A stretch of DNA of 64,000 nt from an uncultured Candidatus Actinomarina sp. (lineage in GTDB: Bacteria; Actinomycetota; Acidimicrobiia; Actinomarinales; Actinomarinaceae), in NCBI GenBank assembly GCA_902609285.1, contig CACLRL010000003.1, forward strand, positions 7,815 through 71,814, written 5' to 3'. This document shows positions 58,363 through 64,000 of this stretch, one piece after another (positions within the stretch are counted from its first letter, which is position 1; every line of letters begins with the position of its first letter). Below the pieces are notes generated by a model. That model ran no database searches and was not told the DNA's origin. It saw only the letters and a list, made by a program, of their open reading frames with translations. The position numbers and the translations under genes were made by a program.

Positions 58363-59514
58363 TTAAGAATTAAAAAGATCTGAAATAACAACGCTTACAT
58401 ATTCTGCGAAAATTGGTTTCGCATCATTCCATGATATGTCGTAAGTTATCTCAAAAGCTTGTTCAAAATCTATTCCTGAAGCCATAACAGAATACATATG
58501 CATCGCAGAATCAGCACCTGACATTGCATTCATAGCTTCAACTGTAAGATAACCAATTGAATAACCGAGAACATAATCAGGATTTTTTGTACAAACACCA
58601 GGAATACTTTTGCTGTAGAAATCTAATACTGTAGGAGTTGAGTAATCATTAAATGGAGGTTGAATATGTCTAGCAGTTACTTGTGATAATCTCATATCTA
58701 AGTATTCTTCAAACGTTTCTACTCCAAGAGATATCCCAGCAGCATGAGCAATTCCTTCATTCAACCAACACGGAGATGCATCATTTGCACTCTGTTGTGG
58801 ATTTCTAGCATTACCAATCCATTGAGATGCAACAACTGAATGTGTTACTTCATGTATATGAAGTGGTCCATACCTATACGTATCAGCTGAATCTGCACTA
58901 TGAACCCCAAATACACCTACTCCAAAATGAGGAGGTCTTTGATAGATTCCTGAATTTGCTCCACTACAAATACCATCACGACATGGAGCTTTTGCCATGC
59001 CACCTTCAAAACCAGTAGTCGTTAATTCACTTATAGCCCAATCAAGGTCTGCAAAGTTATAAAAGAATCCGTAGTACTTTTCTGGAAGATTAAAGTTTTG
59101 CCAAAAACTAATACCTTTTTGAATATATTTTTCATTATCTTGAAAATATAAGTCGGTAGAAGGGCCTATATTTAATACTATTTCAAAAGAATCGTTTTCG
59201 AAAATATTATTTTCTTTAGATATTCGTTGATAATCATTCCATGCATATTTTGGAACATTATCAATGTTCGATATTAATTCAGTGATTGTTACATATTCGC
59301 AGTCATAACATGTATTTTTTGGAATTGAAGTTGTAGTTGAGTTCTGAATAGTTGTAGTAGTTTCTTGAGTAGTAATAGTTGTCGTGTCATTAACAATAGT
59401 AGTTGTTGACTCTTGAACTGTATCATTGGAAGAATCTTGAACAACAGTGCTCTCACTTTCTGCTCCCCCACATGTAATAAATAAGAGAAAGAAGAATAAT
59501 GAAGTTTGTTTCAT
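58363..59514 (-). CDS. secreted HExxH zinc metallopeptidase-like lipoprotein with a Thr-rich linker
   Basis: Signal/lipobox LLFITCGG, a TTTI... low-complexity linker, HIHEVTH (HExxH) and a downstream NEGIAHAAG (possible third Zn ligand Glu, gluzincin-like). Confidence 0.5.
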   Translation of the reverse strand: MKQTSLFFFLLFITCGGAESESTVVQDSSNDTVQESTTTIVNDTTTITTQETTTTIQNSTTTSIPKNTCYDCEYVTITELISNIDNVPKYAWNDYQRISKENNIFENDSFEIVLNIGPSTDLYFQDNEKYIQKGISFWQNFNLPEKYYGFFYNFADLDWAISELTTTGFEGGMAKAPCRDGICSGANSGIYQRPPHFGVGVFGVHSADSADTYRYGPLHIHEVTHSVVASQWIGNARNPQQSANDASPCWLNEGIAHAAGISLGVETFEEYLDMRLSQVTARHIQPPFNDYSTPTVLDFYSKSIPGVCTKNPDYVLGYSIGYLTVEAMNAMSGADSAMHMYSVMASGIDFEQAFEITYDISWNDAKPIFAEYVSVVISDLFNS

Positions 59515-59517
59515 ATT

Positions 59518-59940
59518 TTATTTATTATACTCACCATTCTTGAATCTCTCGACAGGTGTAATATCTAGGTCTCTTTGGAACTGAACGTAACTGACAATCT
59601 CTGGATTTTCAAATTCATATACAGTGTTATCTTTAGTGAATAAATTTGACATTACTCTTAAAAATCCATTTAAGTCTCCTGCAGTAATGTCTCCTTCTGA
59701 GATTTTCTTGTCATAAGCATTAATTACTTTTGCTGCCAAATTATGCATTCTTGCCATAAGCGAATTGTGATAAATATTTCTTATTTCATTAATAACAGCT
59801 TTACATTGGGGGGTTTGTAGTCTTCTGTAAACCGTAGATCTATTTAAACCTAATGCTTTAGCAATATTAGGGTTTGATAATCCTTCAACATGTAATTCAG
59901 CAATTCTAAAGTCTCTATTATCTGGTTTAATTTCTTGCAT
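59518..59940 (-). CDS. small HTH DNA-binding protein (Hin/sigma70-region-4-like HTH)
   Basis: IAELHVEGLSNPNIAKALGLNRSTVYRRL is a helix-turn-helix. 140 aa, and the C-terminal half is unassigned. Confidence 0.5.
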   Translation of the reverse strand: MQEIKPDNRDFRIAELHVEGLSNPNIAKALGLNRSTVYRRLQTPQCKAVINEIRNIYHNSLMARMHNLAAKVINAYDKKISEGDITAGDLNGFLRVMSNLFTKDNTVYEFENPEIVSYVQFQRDLDITPVERFKNGEYNK

Positions 59941-60023
59941 ATAGCTAATTTTAACAGTTGAAATCGTCGTTGGTTTTAGCGGTACTATCTACGTGATAAT
60001 AAATGTCGTTTTAGAAATAAACA

Positions 60024-60248
60024 TCAAGACTTTTTATTTTTAAAATAAACGAAATAAGTTAAACGAACTCCAATGTACGAAAATATAGCAGCAAGAATTA
60101 CTTGAGTAGGAGTGTAGGTGTTCCGGAATAACTCAGATGCTGGCCAAGCTATCGCTAAAAGAGCAAGAAAAGCACCTAAATTTTTTTTGTTTTTCATAAG
60201 TTTATAATAATTAATAAAAGATGTTTGTATACAAAAATTACTAGTCAA
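60024..60248 (-). CDS. small 2-TM membrane protein
   Basis: The probable start is the internal Met (MKNKKNLGAFLALLAIAW, about 60197), immediately downstream of the SBBP gene. Confidence 0.35.
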   Translation of the reverse strand: MTSNFCIQTSFINYYKLMKNKKNLGAFLALLAIAWPASELFRNTYTPTQVILAAIFSYIGVRLTYFVYFKNKKS

Positions 60249-62247
60249 TAAGACCAGTATCTGGTTTTATCTTAAGTACCCAGTTATAAGCATCCATTCC
60301 AAAATCTATAATATTTCCACCAACAGTACTAAAGTTCGTATTACCCGAAATTTGACCTGCTGTAATAATAAAATCATTGGAATCAATAACAATATCTTGC
60401 ACCTTATCATGAGCGTCCATACCTGAACCGCCTCCAAATGTTTTTGACCATTGAAAAGTCCCAGAGGAATCATACTTTACAATGTAAGCATCATTATTAC
60501 TCCCAGATACTACAGCCTGCCCTCCTAAATTATAATTACTCCCAATTTGACCGACACTATAGACATTTCCATCGTCGTCAATAGCTATAGCTGTTCCAAG
60601 AGCTTGACCAGCTTCGCCATCATCACTAGCAAATCTTTTAACCCATTGAAATGCTAAAGAGGAGTTAAGTTTAAGTAGATATATATCCTTACCAGATGTG
60701 GTTATATTGCCACCTCCAAAATTTACTGTATTTTGAAATGTGCCTGTAGCGTAAATATTTCCAGAAGAATCAACAGATATTCCCTTTGCCTTTTGTGTTG
60801 TATCGATATTCGAGGTAAAGGTACTTTGCGATGAGCCATTGTTATCAGTATCAAATTTATGAATAAATAAATCATTGGAATTCGCTGCAGTATAAGTGTT
60901 ACTTCCAAATTTAACAGTTCCTGAAAAGCTTCCTGTCAAGTATGTGAAATTATTCGAGTCAATTGCCAAGGCTCTTGCGTCTGCACTTCCAGAATTCTCT
61001 GTTCTCCAAACAAATTGCCAAATTCCAGAGGAATTAAGTTTTATTAAGAAAACATCATAGTCATTCGATGTATAATTCACTTCACTACCACCATCACCGC
61101 CATCGAAGTTAACAGTACCACGAAAAGTACCGAGCATAATTACATTGTCATTGCTATCAACAACTACATCTCTCCCAAGGTCGTTTCCAGAACTTCCACC
61201 GTATGACTTAACCCATTGAAAAGTTCCAGATGAATTAAGTTTGAGAATAAAAGCATCCCAACTGCCATTTGATGTTACATTTCCTCCACCAAAATCAACT
61301 GTATTCTGATAGTATCCAACAACATAAATATTACCTGAGGAATCAAGCGCTATTTTTCTACCCCTGTCACGACCTGTACCTCCAGCGGTATAAACCCATT
61401 GGACCACTCCAGAGGAATTAAGTTTTGTTACAAAAATATCATCAGTAGTTCCTGAAGTAGCATTTTTACCAAATAGATTTGTACCTTGACTAGTACCAGT
61501 TATATATATATTGTCCGAAGAGTCAATTGCAACTCCAGCAGCATCAGTATCAAATCCGCTAAGACCGAAAGTTACTAGAAAACCAGAACTTGGACCTCCT
61601 AATCTGCTTTGGCCATCTCCACCGGAATTATTAGTTGATATACAGAGATCAGATTTAGGAATAGTAAATGTTGGGCTCTGCGAAGAATTCCCTGCAGCAT
61701 CAAAAGCTACAACATATATGTACTGATCGGCACAGGTTAAATCATACTTTGGAGTTACAAGCAGTCGAATATCAGAAATGGTTGCATACGTTGATAAAGC
61801 ACCATTGACATAAATCTCGTAAGATACAACCCCAACGTTATCAGTAACTGATGGAATATTGAGGTTAAATAAAGAACCAATCTCTGAAGCATAAGGTGGA
61901 GAATCATCATCCCATATTGGGGTTTCGGTGTCTAAACCTGTTGTAGTGGTAGTTACAGTAGAAGAAAGTGTCGTATTTGGACTAGATAGATAAGCATTCT
62001 CTCCTAGTAAAAGTTTAGAAAATGTTTCGTCACCAACCATTCCATCAACAACAAGTCCTGCCTTTTCTTGAAATGTTTTTATAGCTTCTTGAGTGTTTTT
62101 ATCATTTATGCCTGTTGTTATATCTAGATAACCTAAATCTATAAGTTTTTCCTGAATATATGTTGTATAAGGATCTTCTTCATGAGGATGTGAAATATTA
62201 GTTAATGGCAATATTGAAATAAGTGCAGTAATTAAAATTTTTTCCAC
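60241..62247 (-). CDS. secreted PG_binding_1 plus SBBP beta-propeller repeat protein
   Basis: Signal peptide, PG-binding module (LIDLGYLD...AIKTFQEKAGLVVDGMVGDETFSKL), Thr-rich linker, then 6 or more repeats of the type IALDSSGNIYVVGY / ISVDSSGNIYATGTF / IAIDDDGNVYSVGQ (SBBP/PF06739-like). Confidence 0.6.
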   Translation of the reverse strand: MEKILITALISILPLTNISHPHEEDPYTTYIQEKLIDLGYLDITTGINDKNTQEAIKTFQEKAGLVVDGMVGDETFSKLLLGENAYLSSPNTTLSSTVTTTTTGLDTETPIWDDDSPPYASEIGSLFNLNIPSVTDNVGVVSYEIYVNGALSTYATISDIRLLVTPKYDLTCADQYIYVVAFDAAGNSSQSPTFTIPKSDLCISTNNSGGDGQSRLGGPSSGFLVTFGLSGFDTDAAGVAIDSSDNIYITGTSQGTNLFGKNATSGTTDDIFVTKLNSSGVVQWVYTAGGTGRDRGRKIALDSSGNIYVVGYYQNTVDFGGGNVTSNGSWDAFILKLNSSGTFQWVKSYGGSSGNDLGRDVVVDSNDNVIMLGTFRGTVNFDGGDGGSEVNYTSNDYDVFLIKLNSSGIWQFVWRTENSGSADARALAIDSNNFTYLTGSFSGTVKFGSNTYTAANSNDLFIHKFDTDNNGSSQSTFTSNIDTTQKAKGISVDSSGNIYATGTFQNTVNFGGGNITTSGKDIYLLKLNSSLAFQWVKRFASDDGEAGQALGTAIAIDDDGNVYSVGQIGSNYNLGGQAVVSGSNNDAYIVKYDSSGTFQWSKTFGGGSGMDAHDKVQDIVIDSNDFIITAGQISGNTNFSTVGGNIIDFGMDAYNWVLKIKPDTGLID

Positions 62248-62308
62248 TTCTAGATCTTAGGTAAGAAACTCTTCTAACCAAAATAATAATGCTGTTGGTA
62301 AATGGTTT

Positions 62309-63523
62309 TTAGTGCAAATTAACTAATGATTTATATGCTTCATCAATTAAGCTTTGGCCTCTCTCATTAATTAAATATTCTCCGCCTAATTTGTTTACAA
62401 GATAACCAAAAGATAAATTACAGTCAGGATCTGAAAATGTTGCACTACTTCCACCAAAACCAACATGACCAAACGCATTATTGCCGATTAAGAAAGATCC
62501 TCCCTCACCTTCAAAATTTCCTCTGTTGTCCATATTCAGCATAAGCCCTTCGGAGAAATTTGTTGGGAGGAGGAGCATGCTGTCTATGTCTGATCTCATA
62601 TTGGATTTACTTAGACGTTTGACGCCCTCTTTCGAAAGTAAAGTTTCATCATTTTTAGCAAGTGGGGTCATCATTGCAGCTAAAGATCTTGAATTAGTAA
62701 TACCACCAACTCCACCTAATTCAGATCTATAAGTATCTGTAGAGTTGTAGTCGTATCCCCCAGTATTAGTAAGTGATAATCTTTGCATTGAAGTAATATC
62801 ATTTCTAAATGCGTCTGCGAATTTACTGGGTTTATCTGTTGGGCTTGATGTAAAAGGCGTAACTTTTGTAACTCTATAATCATGGCTTTCAGGTAATCCG
62901 ATCCAATAATCAAGGTTTAACGGTTCAGCAATTTCTTCTTTAAAAAATTGACCAAGAGATTTTCCAGAAATTCTTCTAATTAATTCACCTATTAACCATC
63001 CCGTTGTCATCATGTGATAACCTGTCTCTTCACCTGGTGTCCAAAATGGTTCTTCATTTTCTAATAGTTCAACTACATAGTTCCAATCTAAAAATCCACC
63101 ATCTTCGACATAAGTTTTAAGGGCAGGTAATCCAGCGGAGTGATTTAAAATCATCTCTACTGTCGTGTCTTGTTTTCCATTCTTTCCGTATTCAGGCCAA
63201 TATTTAGTTACTTTCTCTTGTGCATTAAGAAGACCTCTATCAATTAAAAGATGGGCACATAAAGCAACAGCAGCTTTTGTACATGAAAATGCCACAGATA
63301 AAGTATTTTCGTTCCAATCTTCAACTTTTTCCTGTGTCGTATGTCCAGCAAATATATCGACGGTTATTTCTCCATCTACGATCACTGATAGAGATGAACC
63401 GATTTCATTATATTTATCAAAATTGATAGCAAATGTTTCTGCTACATTCTGAAAATCTTGGTGACAAGTTCCCCTAATTGTTGATGATGATTGATATTCA
63501 GTCTCAACTATATTTTGACTCAT
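62309..63523 (-). CDS. serine hydrolase of the beta-lactamase/transpeptidase-like family (class C/EstB-like)
   Basis: S-x-x-K at FSCTKAA and the overall 400-aa architecture. Confidence 0.7.
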   Translation of the reverse strand: MSQNIVETEYQSSSTIRGTCHQDFQNVAETFAINFDKYNEIGSSLSVIVDGEITVDIFAGHTTQEKVEDWNENTLSVAFSCTKAAVALCAHLLIDRGLLNAQEKVTKYWPEYGKNGKQDTTVEMILNHSAGLPALKTYVEDGGFLDWNYVVELLENEEPFWTPGEETGYHMMTTGWLIGELIRRISGKSLGQFFKEEIAEPLNLDYWIGLPESHDYRVTKVTPFTSSPTDKPSKFADAFRNDITSMQRLSLTNTGGYDYNSTDTYRSELGGVGGITNSRSLAAMMTPLAKNDETLLSKEGVKRLSKSNMRSDIDSMLLLPTNFSEGLMLNMDNRGNFEGEGGSFLIGNNAFGHVGFGGSSATFSDPDCNLSFGYLVNKLGGEYLINERGQSLIDEAYKSLVNLH

Positions 63524-63550
63524 ATTTTTAAAGTGTATTCTTTTCTTTTC

Positions 63551-64000
63551 TTATTTAAATATTTTCATCATTAGAACAGGTGTATTTGCTTTGTACTCTT
63601 GATAATCAGTTAACTCACCATATCGTTCATCAGCAATACGCTCTAACATAGGAACTCCCTCTGCTTTTCTTAAGAGTAAGTAAACAAACAGTGGAGATAC
63701 TACTGCTGTGACATATTCAATACCAGATAAAGAACTAAGAGATATTACAGCCATACCTACCCAAAGCGTTATCTCACCAAAATAGTTTGGATGACGAGAC
63801 CTTGCCCAGAGACCAGTTGATATAAACTCTGTTTTGGGATCTGATGTCTCCCTAAATTTTCTCTTTTGATAATCTGATATAACTTCAATTAAAAATCCCG
63901 ACCACCATAAAAATATTCCAATAAAAGCAAGAACTTCTAATTCAGCTTCTACAGGTGAAAGGATAGCAAGTATAGAAGCACCGGCTGTAAAGACTACCCA
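63551..64000 (-). CDS. ICMT/phospholipid methyltransferase-like (DUF1295/NnrU-type) membrane protein, C-terminal part (gene continues beyond the window end)
   Basis: The minus-strand frame reads ...WARSRHPNYFGEITLWVGMAVISLSS...EGVPMLERIADERYGELTDYQEY. RHPxY...EE is the ICMT-family C-terminal signature. The ORF is open to the window edge. Confidence 0.55.
   Translation of the reverse strand, partial: WVVFTAGASILAILSPVEAELEVLAFIGIFLWWSGFLIEVISDYQKRKFRETSDPKTEFISTGLWARSRHPNYFGEITLWVGMAVISLSSLSGIEYVTAVVSPLFVYLLLRKAEGVPMLERIADERYGELTDYQEYKANTPVLMMKIFK

Noticed and set aside
59518-59940. Possible phage small-terminase identity of the HTH protein, implying a prophage
   Set aside because: There are no integrase, portal, capsid or large-terminase genes and no tRNA or att-like repeats nearby. 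The flanks are ordinary envelope genes.
41820-61990. Short-period agt/tgt-rich tracts that could superficially resemble repeat arrays
   Set aside because: They are Thr/Ser codon runs inside ORFs (linkers), with no regular repeat-spacer periodicity, so they are not CRISPR arrays.
1-64000. tRNA, rRNA, transposase or IS elements, and CRISPR arrays
   Set aside because: None were recognised on either strand. The only substantial non-coding stretches are about 75-150 bp, with promoter or terminator character only.

Overview
This 64-kb window is almost entirely coding, from a very AT-rich genome (roughly 30% GC by eye; not computed). Genes overlap by 1-17 nt throughout, which suggests a streamlined genome.

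Gene content and order match actinobacterial synteny as I recall it from Mycobacterium tuberculosis. Three Mtb-like segments appear fused into one co-directional minus-strand train about 36 kb long: tyrS-mpg-pheT-pheS-rplT-rpmI-infC, ribH-ribBA-ribE-ribD-rpe-fmt-def-priA-coaBC-rpoZ-gmk-mIHF-nusB-efp-mltG-ruvX-alaS-aspS-hisS-MBL-relA-secF-secD-yajC-tgt-queA-[YraN/Hjc-like nuclease]-yebC-pdxT-pdxS-pimA-acyltransferase-pgsA-membrane-thrS. The organism is probably a low-GC streamlined actinobacterium (Actinomarinales- or acI-like), but this cannot be verified here.

The second half holds a cell-envelope and metabolic accessory region: a cyclophilin lipoprotein, a PaaI thioesterase, an LLM/F420-type oxidoreductase, two tandem DUF3048 exported proteins, an ALDH-like protein, a split glycine-cleavage operon (gcvH-T-PA-PB), an SDR, a GH1 beta-glucosidase, glpK, a TSUP exporter, panB, a signal-less GGT, a DUF418 membrane protein, a secreted HExxH peptidase-like lipoprotein, an orphan HTH protein, an SBBP beta-propeller protein and a beta-lactamase-family hydrolase. 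One DUF3048 protein carries a recently duplicated peptidoglycan-binding module.

No rRNA, tRNA, CRISPR, transposase or prophage block was found.

The most notable observations are:
- a YraN/Hjc-type PD-(D/E)XK nuclease sitting in the ruvC slot, with no ruvABC at the locus;
- a PriA homolog that keeps the N-terminal DNA-binding region but has no recognisable helicase motifs;
- a TyrRS whose HIGH motif reads TLGW;
- a near-identical 147-bp intragenic tandem duplication;
- a recurring exported-protein architecture with Thr/Ser-rich linkers and PG-binding domains.
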